Shown piece after piece: positions 8,257-19,157 of a stretch of DNA of 64,000 nt. Made by a program: the position numbers and the translations under genes. The stretch's first letter is position 1, and each line of letters starts with the position of its first letter. Origin of the DNA: an uncultured Rhodospirillaceae bacterium (lineage in GTDB: Bacteria > Pseudomonadota > Alphaproteobacteria > Micavibrionales > UBA2020); assembly GCA_964458415.1 (NCBI GenBank), contig CAYWIT010000004.1, positions 81,493 to 145,492 on the forward strand. The letters are read 5' to 3'. The notes under the pieces were generated by a model, which was given only the letters and a program-made list of their open reading frames with translations, did no database searches and was not told the DNA's origin.

Positions 8257-8877
8257 CTATTTTCCGAAACGTCTGGAGGCCAGAATTTTATCAACAATCT
8301 TTTGCAATTGCCGCCGCATTTCCTCCAGTCCGTGAGAGCTTTCAAGGACGTAATCGGCGCGGCGGCATTTTTCACTGTCCGGCAGCTGTCCGGCGACGAT
8401 CCGGTCGAATTTTTCCGAGGTCATGCCGGGACGGGAAAGCACGCGCGCGCGTTGCGTTTCCGGCGGCGCGGTCACGCAAAGAGTGACGTTGACGCGCTTT
8501 TCCGCGCCCGTCTCGAAGAGCAGCGGAATGTCCAGCGCGATCAGGCGGTGCGCTTTTTTGCGCATTTCTTCTTTAAAGCGGTCGCTTTCCTCCCGGACCA
8601 GCGGGTGAAGAATATCTTCCAATTGGCGTTTCTTGGCGCGGTCGCCAAAGACGATCCGACCCAGAATCTGGCGGTCGATGCAGGCGCGTCCGGCGGCATC
8701 GGTTTTCAGCGCCGCGGGAAACAGCTGTGCCACGGCGGCCACGGCTTTTCCTTCCGGCCCCAGCAGGCCATGGACGGCGGCATCGGAATCGTGCACGGGA
8801 ATGCCCATGTCGCGCAGCATGGAAGCGGCCGTGCTTTTGCCCATCCCGATGGAACCTGTGATCCCGAGAACTATCAT
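8257..8877 (-). CDS. coaE: dephospho-CoA kinase
   Basis: 206 aa. LGITGSIGMGKST P-loop. 4-nt overlap with aroE. Confidence 0.9.
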   Translation of the reverse strand: MIVLGITGSIGMGKSTAASMLRDMGIPVHDSDAAVHGLLGPEGKAVAAVAQLFPAALKTDAAGRACIDRQILGRIVFGDRAKKRQLEDILHPLVREESDRFKEEMRKKAHRLIALDIPLLFETGAEKRVNVTLCVTAPPETQRARVLSRPGMTSEKFDRIVAGQLPDSEKCRRADYVLESSHGLEEMRRQLQKIVDKILASRRFGK

Positions 8878-9719
8878 GCCGCCAGTCCCGCCATATATTG
8901 ATAGAGTTCCGGCGTGACTTCCGGATCGCGTCCGAACCAGAAATCAAACCCGAGCCGTCCTTGGTGCAGCAGCATGCCAAGACCCGGCAGCACGGGGTTT
9001 CCGCGCGCACGCGCGGCGCGGAGCAGGTCTGTTTCCAGCGGGCGGTAAACGATATCCGCCACAATGGCGGTTTCGGGCAGGGCGGCGAGGTCGATTTCCA
9101 GCGGGGGCTGTTCGATCATGCCGAGGGAGGTGCAATTGACGACCAGTGTGGCATGGCGGAGCGCTGTTGCACGGTGCTCCCAGTCCGCAATTTCGGCGCA
9201 ATCCTCGAGATGGAAGGCCTTGACGACTTTTTCGGCTTTCTCCCGCGTGCGGTTGACCAGCGTGAAACGGGCGGCGCCCGCCCCTTTCAGCGAGGCGATA
9301 ATGCCGCGGGCCGCGCCGCCGGTGCCCAGGATCGTGACTTGTTCCCCGCTCCAATGCGGGTGAGCGGCCTTCAGGCTTTCCACGAAGCCGAAGCCGTCGC
9401 TGTTATATCCGGTCAGTTTACCGTCCTGAATAACGACGGTATTGACCGCTCCCGACATCAGGCAGCTTTCGTCGTGGGCGTCCATCATCGGCAGGGCGTC
9501 GACTTTGAGCGGTACGGTCAGGTTGCATCCGGCAAAACCGCGCGCGACGAGAAGATCAAAGGCGGCGCGCAGATTGGCGGGGGTGACGGCCATGGCTGTA
9601 TAACTGCCGTTGATGACGTATTTTTCCAGCCAATAGCCGTGCAGTTTCGGTGATAGCGTGTGCGAGACGGGCCAGCCCAGAACGCAGGCCTTGATCAAAC
9701 CGGATTTTTCTTCGTTCAC
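8874..9719 (-). CDS. aroE: shikimate dehydrogenase
   Basis: 281 aa. GWPVSHTLSPKLHG, NLTVPLK, and the GTGGAARG NADP-binding motif. Confidence 0.9.
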   Translation of the reverse strand: MNEEKSGLIKACVLGWPVSHTLSPKLHGYWLEKYVINGSYTAMAVTPANLRAAFDLLVARGFAGCNLTVPLKVDALPMMDAHDESCLMSGAVNTVVIQDGKLTGYNSDGFGFVESLKAAHPHWSGEQVTILGTGGAARGIIASLKGAGAARFTLVNRTREKAEKVVKAFHLEDCAEIADWEHRATALRHATLVVNCTSLGMIEQPPLEIDLAALPETAIVADIVYRPLETDLLRAARARGNPVLPGLGMLLHQGRLGFDFWFGRDPEVTPELYQYMAGLAA

Positions 9720-10552
9720 GGATGTGTTCCTTCATTTTTTTGTGCGTGATGCAGTTCGAGCAGACCCAGGATTTCTGCCGCCGTTTCCTCGATCGAGCGC
9801 CGCGTCACGTCAATGACGGGCCAGCCGTGGGCGCTGAAGAAGCGCCGGGCTTCGCGGACTTCCTCCTGAACGTGGTGCGTATCGAGATAAGCGGTTTCCC
9901 GGACTTCCCCCAATTGCGCCAGACGGTTGCGGCGGATGTCTACCAGCCGTTCCGGAGCGGCGGTCAGGCCGATGAACATCGGCTTTTTCAGTTTCAGCAC
10001 CTGTGCGGGAAACGGGATTCCCGGCACATAGGGGACATTGGCCGCCTTGATCCCGCGGTTGGCAAGATAGATGCAGGTAGGGGTTTTGGAGGTGCGCGAC
10101 ACGCCGACCAGAATGACGTCGGCCTTGGCAAGGTCGCTGTCGCTTTTCTGTCCGTCATCGTGGTGCAGGGCATAGTCCACCGCGTCCATGCGGGCGAAAT
10201 ATTCCTCGTTCAGTTTATGCTGCAGGCCGGGCTCGGCCAGACTGGACTTGCCAAAGTAAGCGCTCATTTTTTGCAGGACCGGATGCAGGATGGAGAGTGT
10301 CGGCACCCCCAGCGCCTGACAATGCTTCTCGATCCCCTTGGCCAGCGCCTCGTCCACCAGCGTATACAGCACGAGCCCCGGCTGGTGCCGGATGGCCTCT
10401 ACAACCATCATGATCTGTTTTTGCGTGCGGATCAGCGGCCAGAAATGCTGTTCCACCTCCACGGCTTCAAACTGGGCCAAGCAGGCCTTGGCCACGCTGT
10501 TGAGCGTGCCGCCTGTTGAGTCGGAAATCAGGTGAAGGTGGAGTTTTTTCAT
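9716..10552 (-). CDS. pyruvate, phosphate dikinase / PEP synthetase regulatory protein (kinase/pyrophosphorylase, DUF299)
   Basis: 278 aa. LHLISDSTGGTL start and the GVSRTSKTPT P-loop typical of the PpsR/PDRP family. Confidence 0.85.
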   Translation of the reverse strand: MKKLHLHLISDSTGGTLNSVAKACLAQFEAVEVEQHFWPLIRTQKQIMMVVEAIRHQPGLVLYTLVDEALAKGIEKHCQALGVPTLSILHPVLQKMSAYFGKSSLAEPGLQHKLNEEYFARMDAVDYALHHDDGQKSDSDLAKADVILVGVSRTSKTPTCIYLANRGIKAANVPYVPGIPFPAQVLKLKKPMFIGLTAAPERLVDIRRNRLAQLGEVRETAYLDTHHVQEEVREARRFFSAHGWPVIDVTRRSIEETAAEILGLLELHHAQKNEGTHP

Positions 10553-10718
10553 CGGAAATAAATCTACAGGATTTTGGCGTTTTCTTCACGCGCCGATTAA
10601 AGTTTTTGAGAAAGCGCGGCGCGGTGACAGCCGGATCGCCGTATTCTGTAATATAGCAATAACGTCGTCTTCAATTATCATTCTGATTTTGATTGATTTT
10701 TTCGCCTTCCTGCCCTAA

Positions 10719-11771
<1,053 letters not shown>

Positions 11772-11808
11772 TATCTTTGCTGTAATATCCGCGTTTTAGG
11801 GATGAGCT

Positions 11809-12588
11809 ATGGACGCAAGCAGTTTTAGCATAGTGGAAGCCGTCAGGAACGGTTACAGGTTCACTTTTCGGGAGAGTGGTTATCTCCTGAAAATCGTGAC
11901 GTTGCCGTTTTTGGTCCACATGATCACTTCTTTTGTGTTGCAGGCCAAATTTCCCGAGGCTTCCACGCTCTGGCTGTTCATCATCAATCTTCCGGCCAAT
12001 ATTCTTTTTGCCTGGTTCCTTTTTCTTGAGGCCCGCCTGCTGTTGCTGGGGGAGAGGATCGACCGTCTGCCGCAGGACCCGCGCTATCTGGGTCTGCGCC
12101 GGCAGGCAATGCAGGCCAGTATCATCGTCCTGTTGCTTTTTAACATGGCTTTCACCACGATTGCGGCGACGATGGAATGGCTGTCCAAACAGGATCTGCT
12201 GGGCAAGAACAGCCTCGTCACGCTGCTGGTTCTTTTCGTTGTTGGCGGAATGATCTGGGGGCTGCGTCTGGGTCTTGCGCATATTCTGGTGGCGGTGGGA
12301 TATTCCATCCGGCGCTATATTTACCGTGTGGATGGCGTGTTGTTTTCTTTCCGGCTGATCGGGATGGGTCTGCTCTCGGCTTTGCCGGTTTTTGTTGTCT
12401 TTCAGGTTTTGCTGGCGCTGGTCGTTCCGGACCCGGAAAATATTACCGATCCGCAAGTGTACCTGCTGATTGCGCTGGGGACGCCGCTCTCGTTCTTGAT
12501 GGCCGTGGTACTGAATGCGGCGGGGGCCTATGCTCTGAAAGATATGCTGAGTCGTCCTGATCCGCGGGAAGGAAAGCGCAGGAAATGA
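11809..12588 (+). CDS. hypothetical polytopic membrane protein
   Basis: 259 aa with about six hydrophobic segments. Stop overlaps the ferredoxin start (ATGA at 12585-12588). No family assigned. Confidence 0.6.
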   Translation: MDASSFSIVEAVRNGYRFTFRESGYLLKIVTLPFLVHMITSFVLQAKFPEASTLWLFIINLPANILFAWFLFLEARLLLLGERIDRLPQDPRYLGLRRQAMQASIIVLLLFNMAFTTIAATMEWLSKQDLLGKNSLVTLLVLFVVGGMIWGLRLGLAHILVAVGYSIRRYIYRVDGVLFSFRLIGMGLLSALPVFVVFQVLLALVVPDPENITDPQVYLLIALGTPLSFLMAVVLNAAGAYALKDMLSRPDPREGKRRK

Positions 12589-12920
12589 TGCTTTATGTCA
12601 CCGATCATGCGGGAAAGGAACATGCGCTGGAAGCGATTGCCGGCTGGCGCGTCATGGAAATCATTCGCGATTATGCGATGAATGAACCGGCGCTGGGGAT
12701 CAAGGCGGAATGCGGCGGGGCCATGGCTTGCGGTACCTGTCATGTCTATGTCGCGCCGGAATGGCAAGACCGCCTGACCCCGCCTGTGGCGGAGGAAATC
12801 GAACGGCTGGAAGAGGACGCTTTTCATGTGGAGGATAACTCCCGTTTGTCGTGCCAGCTGATCATGCGGGAAGAATTCGACGGCCTCCGCGTCACGCTGG
12901 CCCCCGGAACGGAGCCCTGA
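12585..12920 (+). CDS. 2Fe-2S ferredoxin (adrenodoxin/putidaredoxin type)
   Basis: 111 aa. [13 protein letters not shown] plus a distal SRLSCQ cysteine ligand pattern. Confidence 0.85.
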   Translation: MMLYVTDHAGKEHALEAIAGWRVMEIIRDYAMNEPALGIKAECGGAMACGTCHVYVAPEWQDRLTPPVAEEIERLEEDAFHVEDNSRLSCQLIMREEFDGLRVTLAPGTEP

Positions 12921-12940
12921 AGGAAAACAAACGAAAGAAA

Positions 12941-14026
12941 ATGGATATGAGCAATCTTGATGTTTTGAAGCAGGAAATTATCGCCACGGTCAAAGCCGCC
13001 AATGATATCGGGGCGCTGGAAGAGGTCCGTGTTTCCGCCCTTGGCAAAAAAGGCAAGGTGACCGGCTTGATGCAGACGCTGGGGACGCTCTCGCCTGAAG
13101 CGCGCAAGGAAATGGGGCAGGCGCTGAACCGGTTGAAGGATGAGGTGGCGGTGGAAATTGAATCCCGTGCCCGTATCCTTAAACAGGCGGAATTGAACGC
13201 GCGTCTTGGGAATGAAAAGGTGGACATCACGCTCGGAATCCGGCCGCAGGAAAAAGGCTCTATTCACCCGACCAGCCAGACGATTGAGGAAATGATCGCT
13301 ATTTTTGCAGAGATGGGCTTTGCCGTGGCGGAAGGGCCGGAGATCGAGGACGACTTCCACAACTTCACTGCGCTCAATTTCCCGCCCGAGCATCCAGCGC
13401 GGCAGATGCACGACACGTTCTATCTGCCCGACGTTTCCGGCAAAACGGGCGATGAAGCCAAACGTCTGCTGCGCACGCATACCTCGACCGTGCAGGTCCA
13501 TGTCATGCAATCGCAAAAACCGCCGCTGCGCGTGATCATTCCGGGGCGGACTTTCCGCTCGGATTACGACATGACGCATACGCCGATGTTTCACCAGGTC
13601 GAAGGCCTGCTGATCGACAAGGCAACGCATATGGGGCATCTGAAAGGCTGCCTGACCGAGTTTTGCGAACGCTTTTTCGAGGTGGAGAACCTGCCCGTGC
13701 GTTTCCGCCCCAGCTTCTTCCCCTTCACCGAGCCTTCCGCCGAAATGGATATCGGCTGCAGCCGGGCGGGGGGCGACCTGAAGATCGGCGCGGGCGAAGG
13801 CTGGCTCGAGGTGCTGGGCTGCGGCATGGTGCATCCGAACGTGCTGAAGAATTGTGGCATCGATCCGGACGAATATCAGGGCTTTGCCTTCGGCATGGGG
13901 GTCGAGCGCTTTGCCATGCTCAAATACGGCATTCCCGACCTGCGCACCTTTTTTGAAAGCGACCTGCGCTGGCTGAAACACTACGGCTTCGGCCCGATGG
14001 ATCTGCCGAACCCCGCTTTCTCCTGA
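12941..14026 (+). CDS. pheS: phenylalanine--tRNA ligase alpha subunit
   Basis: ORF 12851-14026. ATG 12941 ([13 protein letters not shown]...) gives a typical PheS N-terminus. Class II motifs: [32 protein letters not shown]. Confidence 0.95.
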   Translation: MDMSNLDVLKQEIIATVKAANDIGALEEVRVSALGKKGKVTGLMQTLGTLSPEARKEMGQALNRLKDEVAVEIESRARILKQAELNARLGNEKVDITLGIRPQEKGSIHPTSQTIEEMIAIFAEMGFAVAEGPEIEDDFHNFTALNFPPEHPARQMHDTFYLPDVSGKTGDEAKRLLRTHTSTVQVHVMQSQKPPLRVIIPGRTFRSDYDMTHTPMFHQVEGLLIDKATHMGHLKGCLTEFCERFFEVENLPVRFRPSFFPFTEPSAEMDIGCSRAGGDLKIGAGEGWLEVLGCGMVHPNVLKNCGIDPDEYQGFAFGMGVERFAMLKYGIPDLRTFFESDLRWLKHYGFGPMDLPNPAFS

Positions 14027-14044
14027 TGCAAGAGGATTGATAAA

Positions 14045-16444
14045 ATGAAATTCCCGCTTTCCTGGCTTAAAGAATATCTCGATACCCCAGCGACGCTGGA
14101 CGAGATCGTGCAAAAGCTGACCGCCATCGGCCTGGAGGTCGAGGACATCCATGATCCGGCCAAAATGCTGCAGGGCTTTGTTGTCGGTCATGTGCTGACG
14201 GCTGAAAAACATCCCGATGCCGACAAGCTGCAATGCCTGATCGTCGATACCGGCGCTGAAAAACTCAAAGTCGTCTGCGGCGCACCCAATGCGCGGGCGG
14301 GACTGAAGGGTGTTTTCGCGCCTGCCGGCAGCTATATTCCGGGCTCCGACATTACGCTCAAGAAATCCATGATCCGCGGACAGGAATCGAACGGCATGAT
14401 GTGTTCGGAGCGCGAATTGCTGCTGTCTGAGGAGCATAAGGGCATTATCGAGCTGTCCGAATCCTGCGTGACCGGATCGCCTGCTGCCGACGCGCTGGGC
14501 CAGAACGATCCTGTCATTGAAATCAACCTGACGCCCAACCGCGGTGATTGTGCCGGAATTTACGGCATCGCCCGCGATTTGGCCGCTGCCGGTCTTGGCA
14601 AGCTGAAACCGTTAACCGCAATGCCCGTTGCCGGAAAATTTAAAAATCCGGTGAATGTTTCTATTGCTGACGAAAGAGCCTGCCCGCTTTTTATCGGTCG
14701 TCTGATCAGGGGCGTGAAAAACGGCCCCTCGCCCCAATGGTTGCAAGACCGGCTGAAAGCGGTTGGTCTGCGTCCGATCTCGGCCTTGGTCGACATCACC
14801 AATTATTTTTGCATCGGTCTTAACCGCCCGCTGCATGTTTTTGATGCCGATAAAATCAATGGCAATATTCAGGTCCGGCTGTCGAAAAAAGGCGAGAAAC
14901 TTGAAGCGCTGAATGACAGCGCCTATGTGCTTGAAGACGGGATGATCGCGGTTTGTGACGATTCCGGCGTTCTGGGTCTGGGCGGAATTATCGGCGGCGT
15001 GTCCTCTTCGGTAACGGAGGCGACAACGAACGTCTATCTGGAGGCCGCCTATTTCGATCCGGCGCGGATCATGAAGACCGGACAGAGACTGATGATCAGC
15101 AGCGATGCCCGCTACCGTTTCGAGCGCGGCATCGATCCGGACTTCACTGCTGCAGGCGCGGAACTGGCGACACAGATAATTCTCGATCTTTGTGGCGGGG
15201 AGGCGAGTGAAACCGTTGTCTCTGGCTATGCCCCCGATAACAGCCGCAAAATCGGCTATCGGCCGGAGCGGCTGCAAACGCTGGGTGGGCTTGAGCTGTC
15301 TGAAACAGTACAAAAAGAAATTCTGCAGGCGCTCGGTTTTGCGCCCGTGGCGGCAGAAAGGGAATGGAGTGTCACGACGCCGTCATGGCGGCACGATATT
15401 CATGGCGAAGCGGATATTGTCGAGGAAATTCTGAGGATTCACGGTTATGACCGGATCACGCCTGTTCTGGTGCGTCCGGTTGTTGGGGAAAAACACGCGG
15501 GTATGAATTTGCAGAGCCGTCGCGCCATTACGGTGCGTCACGCGCTGGCCGCGCGCGGCTTGCACGAATCCGTTACCTGGTCGTTCATGCCGGGGGAGAT
15601 GGCAGATTTCTTCGGGATGGCTTCCAACCAGAACAAAGCAGCGCTGACTCTGGCTAATCCGATCAGTGTTGAAATGGGGGTGATGCGCCCTTCGATTCTG
15701 CCGAACCTGATTGCCGCCGCCGGACGCAATACCGATCGCGGCGCGCCGGATGCCTGTTTGTTTGAAATCGGCAATATCTATCAATCTCCGGAAGCCGCCG
15801 GGCAGTTGCTAACAGCAACCGGGCTCCGCACTGGCAATGCTGTGCCGCGGCACTGGGCGGAAAAATCGCGGGCGGTTGATGTCTATGACGTCAAGGCGGA
15901 TGCGCTGGCCGTGCTGGAAACCTGCGGCATGAACCTTGCTGGGTTACAGATCACGCGCGATGCGCCGGAATGGTATCATCCGGGCCGTTCGGGCGCGCTG
16001 CGTCAGGGCAATGTGGTTTTTGCCTATTTCGGCGAGTTGCATCCCGCCGTGCTGGCCGCCTTGAAGCGGGAAGAGGTCTGCGCCGGTTTCGAGGTTTTCC
16101 TGCAAGCCATTCCGGCGCCGAAAAAGAAGGGTACCAAGAAGGAATTGCTGAAGCCTTCCTTGTTCCAGCCGCTCTGCCGCGATTTTGCTTTTGTCCTCGA
16201 CGAGACGGTCGAGGCGGAAAAGCTGGTCCGCGCTATTCGCGGCGCAGAGCGCAACCTGATCACCGATGTGCAGATCTTTGATGTTTATCAGGGCAAAGGT
16301 GTCGCGCCGGGAAAAAAATCCGTTGCCATCGGCGTTACCCTTCAGCCAGCCGACAAGACGCTGACCGATGCCGAAATCGCGGCGTTGTGCCAGAAAATCG
16401 TTGAAGCGGTCGGAAAACAGACGGGCGGCGTCCTGCGCGGATAG
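14045..16444 (+). CDS. pheT: phenylalanine--tRNA ligase beta subunit
   Basis: 799 aa. MKFPLSWLKEYL start, tRNA-binding domain, B3/4 and B5 domains, and a ferredoxin-fold anticodon-binding C-terminus. Confidence 0.95.
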   Translation: MKFPLSWLKEYLDTPATLDEIVQKLTAIGLEVEDIHDPAKMLQGFVVGHVLTAEKHPDADKLQCLIVDTGAEKLKVVCGAPNARAGLKGVFAPAGSYIPGSDITLKKSMIRGQESNGMMCSERELLLSEEHKGIIELSESCVTGSPAADALGQNDPVIEINLTPNRGDCAGIYGIARDLAAAGLGKLKPLTAMPVAGKFKNPVNVSIADERACPLFIGRLIRGVKNGPSPQWLQDRLKAVGLRPISALVDITNYFCIGLNRPLHVFDADKINGNIQVRLSKKGEKLEALNDSAYVLEDGMIAVCDDSGVLGLGGIIGGVSSSVTEATTNVYLEAAYFDPARIMKTGQRLMISSDARYRFERGIDPDFTAAGAELATQIILDLCGGEASETVVSGYAPDNSRKIGYRPERLQTLGGLELSETVQKEILQALGFAPVAAEREWSVTTPSWRHDIHGEADIVEEILRIHGYDRITPVLVRPVVGEKHAGMNLQSRRAITVRHALAARGLHESVTWSFMPGEMADFFGMASNQNKAALTLANPISVEMGVMRPSILPNLIAAAGRNTDRGAPDACLFEIGNIYQSPEAAGQLLTATGLRTGNAVPRHWAEKSRAVDVYDVKADALAVLETCGMNLAGLQITRDAPEWYHPGRSGALRQGNVVFAYFGELHPAVLAALKREEVCAGFEVFLQAIPAPKKKGTKKELLKPSLFQPLCRDFAFVLDETVEAEKLVRAIRGAERNLITDVQIFDVYQGKGVAPGKKSVAIGVTLQPADKTLTDAEIAALCQKIVEAVGKQTGGVLRG

Positions 16445-16446
16445 GT

Positions 16447-16773
16447 TTATTTAAGGAGAAGGGCGGCGGGCGGCGGCGCTTCTTCTTTTTTTTCGCTTGA
16501 GGCTTTCAGGGTCGCCATGTCTTTTTCCAGACGGTCAGCACGGTTTTTTTCACGCCAGAGGCGGAAGCGGAGCCGTTGCGCGGGGATGGCGACAAATGCT
16601 GCCCCCAGAAAAAATCCGACGCCGAGCAGGCCCAGTCCGAGCAGCCAGAGCGGCAGAGAGTAAGTCTCCATCAGCGGCCAGAGGGAAACGGCAACGTCCT
16701 GCCGGTTGGACAAGGCGAAGAGGACGGAAAAAACCGTCAGCGGCAGGGTGATAAGGAGGGTGATGAGATACAT
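16447..16773 (-). CDS. LapA-domain (DUF1049) small inner-membrane protein
   Basis: 108 aa with two TM segments. The FALSNRQDVAVSLWPL pattern is typical of the lipopolysaccharide assembly protein A domain. Confidence 0.65.
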   Translation of the reverse strand: MYLITLLITLPLTVFSVLFALSNRQDVAVSLWPLMETYSLPLWLLGLGLLGVGFFLGAAFVAIPAQRLRFRLWREKNRADRLEKDMATLKASSEKKEEAPPPAALLLK

Positions 16774-16796
16774 CGTCCCGGATCCGGTGTCCCGGA

Positions 16797-17108
16797 TCAG
16801 TCTTTCATGTCATCGGCGCTGTCGGAAACAATGCCGTTGAGGCGTTCATGCATTTTCTTGCCGATTTTGAAAAAAGGCACGCGCTTGTTATCAACCTGTA
16901 CGGTTTCGCCGGTGCGCGGATTGCGGCCGGTGCGCGATTTGCGCTGCTTGACCGAGAAAGCGCCGAAACCGCGTAATTCCACGCGGGCGCCGGAAACGAG
17001 AGCCTTGGTGATTTCCTCGAAAATCGTATCGACGATTTGCTCGGCATGGCTCTGATAAAGATGCGGATTCATTTCGGCAAGTTTGAGGATCAATTCTGAT
17101 TTGGTCAT
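16797..17108 (-). CDS. ihfB: integration host factor subunit beta
   Basis: ATG 17108 ([12 protein letters not shown]...) preferred. [29 protein letters not shown] is the HU/IHF arm signature. Confidence 0.9.
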   Translation of the reverse strand: MTKSELILKLAEMNPHLYQSHAEQIVDTIFEEITKALVSGARVELRGFGAFSVKQRKSRTGRNPRTGETVQVDNKRVPFFKIGKKMHERLNGIVSDSADDMKD

Positions 17109-17265
17109 GGCGGCGTAGTATCCCTCTAAAATCACACAGGTAGCATAGATCAAAATTGCCAAGTTTATAAACCTTCGTCAAGAAAAAACCTGATAAATCA
17201 AATGAATAAACAGTTAAAAGGGGGCTGTCGGGGGTTGCGGGGCCGGTTCTCCCCGAATTTTTGCT

Positions 17266-17310
17266 ACAAAAAACCCATTCCGGCGCCGGTGCGAGACACA
17301 GGAATGGGTT
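17266..17310 (-). terminator. rho-independent terminator downstream of hsp20
   Basis: 10-bp stem AACCCATTCC (17272-17281) / GGAATGGGTT (17301-17310), followed on the minus strand by a T-run (A-run 17268-17273 on +). A second small hairpin AGGGGC..GCCCCT lies at about 17323-17348. Confidence 0.55.
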
Positions 17311-17360
17311 CTGTAAATATGAGGGGCGATTCGCTTTTTGCCCCTTTTCTGCGGGAGGGG

Positions 17361-17855
17361 TCAGGCGGCCCTGCGGATTTCGATTTTCTTGTTCATCTTC
17401 AGGGCTTCCGCTTTTTTAGGGACGGTAATCGTCAGCAGGCCGTTTTTGAAGGAGGCCTCGGCTTTTTCTGTGTTGGCGGTCGGTGGCAGCGCAACCGTGC
17501 GCTGGAACGCGCCGGAAGAAATTTCATGGCGCAGATATTGCTCCCCTTTTTCTTCTTTTTCCTGCCGGCGCTCTCCTTTGATGGTCAGAGCGCCTTCGCC
17601 GGCGTTTAACTCGACTTTGTCAGGATCATAGCCGGGGATCTCTGCTCTGACGGTAAAGCGTTCATTGTTTTCGGTGACGTCAACGGCGGGCAGGGCTGGA
17701 GAAAGAAATTCCGGCGCCCATTGGCCGCCGCGATTAAAGTAATCACGGAACAGCCGGTTCATTTCTTCCTGAAACAAACCGAGCGAACGGGAAAAGCCTT
17801 CCTGGATCGCCGGGGTTTCGGAGAGGGGGCGTTGCATGAGTTCACGAATAGACAT
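17361..17855 (-). CDS. Hsp20/alpha-crystallin family small heat-shock protein
   Basis: ATG 17855 (MSIRELMQ...) preferred. The alpha-crystallin domain reads DVTENNERFTVRAEIPGYDPDKVEL...GAFQRTVALP...ASFKNGLLTITVPK. Confidence 0.9.
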   Translation of the reverse strand: MSIRELMQRPLSETPAIQEGFSRSLGLFQEEMNRLFRDYFNRGGQWAPEFLSPALPAVDVTENNERFTVRAEIPGYDPDKVELNAGEGALTIKGERRQEKEEKGEQYLRHEISSGAFQRTVALPPTANTEKAEASFKNGLLTITVPKKAEALKMNKKIEIRRAA

Positions 17856-18026
17856 GATTGTTCTCCTTTTAAAATATGCACGGTGTTTGCGGTTCAAGCA
17901 TGCAGGGAACCTCTCCGGCCCTCAATGAATATAAAGGATAGGATTGCTCTGCGGGGCGGGTATGCCGATATAAATTATTGAATCTATTGAATAAATATTA
18001 ATATCCGGGAATTAAACAAATCTTCA

Positions 18027-18075
18027 TTGACTTATGCTCTAATAGAGAATATATCTATACTCATAGAGAGCATAA
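18027..18075 (+). promoter_or_regulatory. candidate nadABC promoter (TTGACT-N17-TATATC) overlapped by two adjacent 21-bp imperfect palindromes
   Basis: TTGACT 18027-18032 and TATATC 18050-18055. Palindromes: TTATGCTCT-AAT-AGAGAATAT (18032-18052) and CTATACTCA-TAG-AGAGCATAA (18055-18075). The outer half-sites TTATGCTCT and AGAGCATAA are perfect complements. Confidence 0.4.
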
Positions 18076-18111
18076 AAGAGTCGCTCTCTGCAAGAGACAA
18101 GGAGCACGAAA

Positions 18112-19143
18112 ATGTTTGATACCGTCGTCACGCCCCAAGGGGCCGCAAAAGATTTCGCCTACACGCCCGCTGTCGCGAAGGAAACAGCGCCGCTGTACGA
18201 AAAGGTCCGGCGCGTGGTGAGCGCACTCGACTGGGCGACGCATGCACCCTATATCCTCGAGATCAATCGCCTGAAAAAACAGCTGGGCGCAGTCGTGCTG
18301 GCGCATAACTATATGACGCCGGAAATTTTTCATTGTGTTTCCGATTTTGCGGGAGACAGCCTGCAACTGGCGCAACAGGCCGCCAAAACCGACGCGCAGA
18401 TTATCGTGCAGGCCGGTGTGCATTTCATGGCGGAGACTTCGAAAATTCTCTCGCCTGAAAAAACGGTGCTGATCCCCGACATGAGGGCGGGCTGTTCCCT
18501 GGCATCATCCATTACCGCGGCCGATGTCCGGTTGCTGCGCGAAAAATATCCGAATGTTCCAATCGTGACCTATGTGAACACCTCTGCCGACGTCAAGGCG
18601 GAGTCGGATGTCTGCTGCACGTCGTCCAACGCGGTGCAAATCGTCGACAGTTTGCCGGGGGATACGGTGATGATGATCCCTGACCAGTATCTGGCGCGCA
18701 ATGTCGCTAAACAGACCAAAAAGAAAGTTCTCTATTGGCAGGGGGCTTGTGAAGTTCATGAGCGCTTTACGCCGGATGATATCCGGCAGTTTCGCAAGGC
18801 TTGGCCGGGTGCCGTGGTGCTGGCGCATCCGGAATGTCCGCCCGAAGTGGTGGCGGAGGCGGATTTTGCCGGATCGACCAAAGCGATGAGCGACTATGTC
18901 GCGCAAAAACAGCCCAAGCGCGTGGTCATGGTGACGGAATGCTCCATGTCCGATAACGTTTCTGTGAATAATCCGCATGTGGATTTTGTCCGGCCCTGCG
19001 CGCTTTGCCCGCATATGAAACGGATTTCATTGCCCAAAATCCTTCACAGCCTGCAAACGCTGACGACGGAAGTGACGGTTGATCCCGTTATTGCGGCACG
19101 GGCGAAGCTGGCCGTCGATAGAATGCTGGAAGCCTCAAGATAA
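18112..19143 (+). CDS. nadA: quinolinate synthase
   Basis: 343 aa NadA-like sequence ([24 protein letters not shown]). First gene of nadABC. Confidence 0.95.
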   Translation: MFDTVVTPQGAAKDFAYTPAVAKETAPLYEKVRRVVSALDWATHAPYILEINRLKKQLGAVVLAHNYMTPEIFHCVSDFAGDSLQLAQQAAKTDAQIIVQAGVHFMAETSKILSPEKTVLIPDMRAGCSLASSITAADVRLLREKYPNVPIVTYVNTSADVKAESDVCCTSSNAVQIVDSLPGDTVMMIPDQYLARNVAKQTKKKVLYWQGACEVHERFTPDDIRQFRKAWPGAVVLAHPECPPEVVAEADFAGSTKAMSDYVAQKQPKRVVMVTECSMSDNVSVNNPHVDFVRPCALCPHMKRISLPKILHSLQTLTTEVTVDPVIAARAKLAVDRMLEASR

Positions 19144-19157
19144 CAAGGAGACAGATC

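Noticed and set aside
12824-14437. 537-codon minus-strand ORF antisense to pheS/pheT
   Set aside because: It lies entirely within strongly identified pheS/pheT coding sequence. The translation is Arg/His/Phe/Gln-rich nonsense, typical of the stop-poor antisense frame of GC-rich genes.
17238-17262. Plus-strand hairpin CGGGG-ccggttct-CCCCG followed by AATTTTT in the ihfB upstream region (orphan terminator or sRNA 3' end?)
   Set aside because: The stem is only 5 bp, there is no plus-strand gene or convincing promoter upstream, and it lies in the ihfB promoter region next to the real hsp20 terminator. The evidence is insufficient.
17856-17960. RpoH (sigma32) promoter and/or ROSE RNA thermometer upstream of hsp20
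   Set aside because: On the minus strand CTTGAA (17893-17898 on +) is followed by GTGCATAT, but the spacing (11-16 nt depending on alignment) and the -10 match are only partial. Such a promoter would leave a leader of about 15 nt, too short for a ROSE element, and no U(U/C)GCU anti-SD hairpin was seen.
17977-17993. ATTGAATA motif occurring twice upstream of hsp20/nadA and again at 41181-41188 near the TerB-like gene
   Set aside because: These are short AT-only words within AT-rich intergenic DNA, so chance recurrence is likely. No dyad or fixed spacing links the copies.
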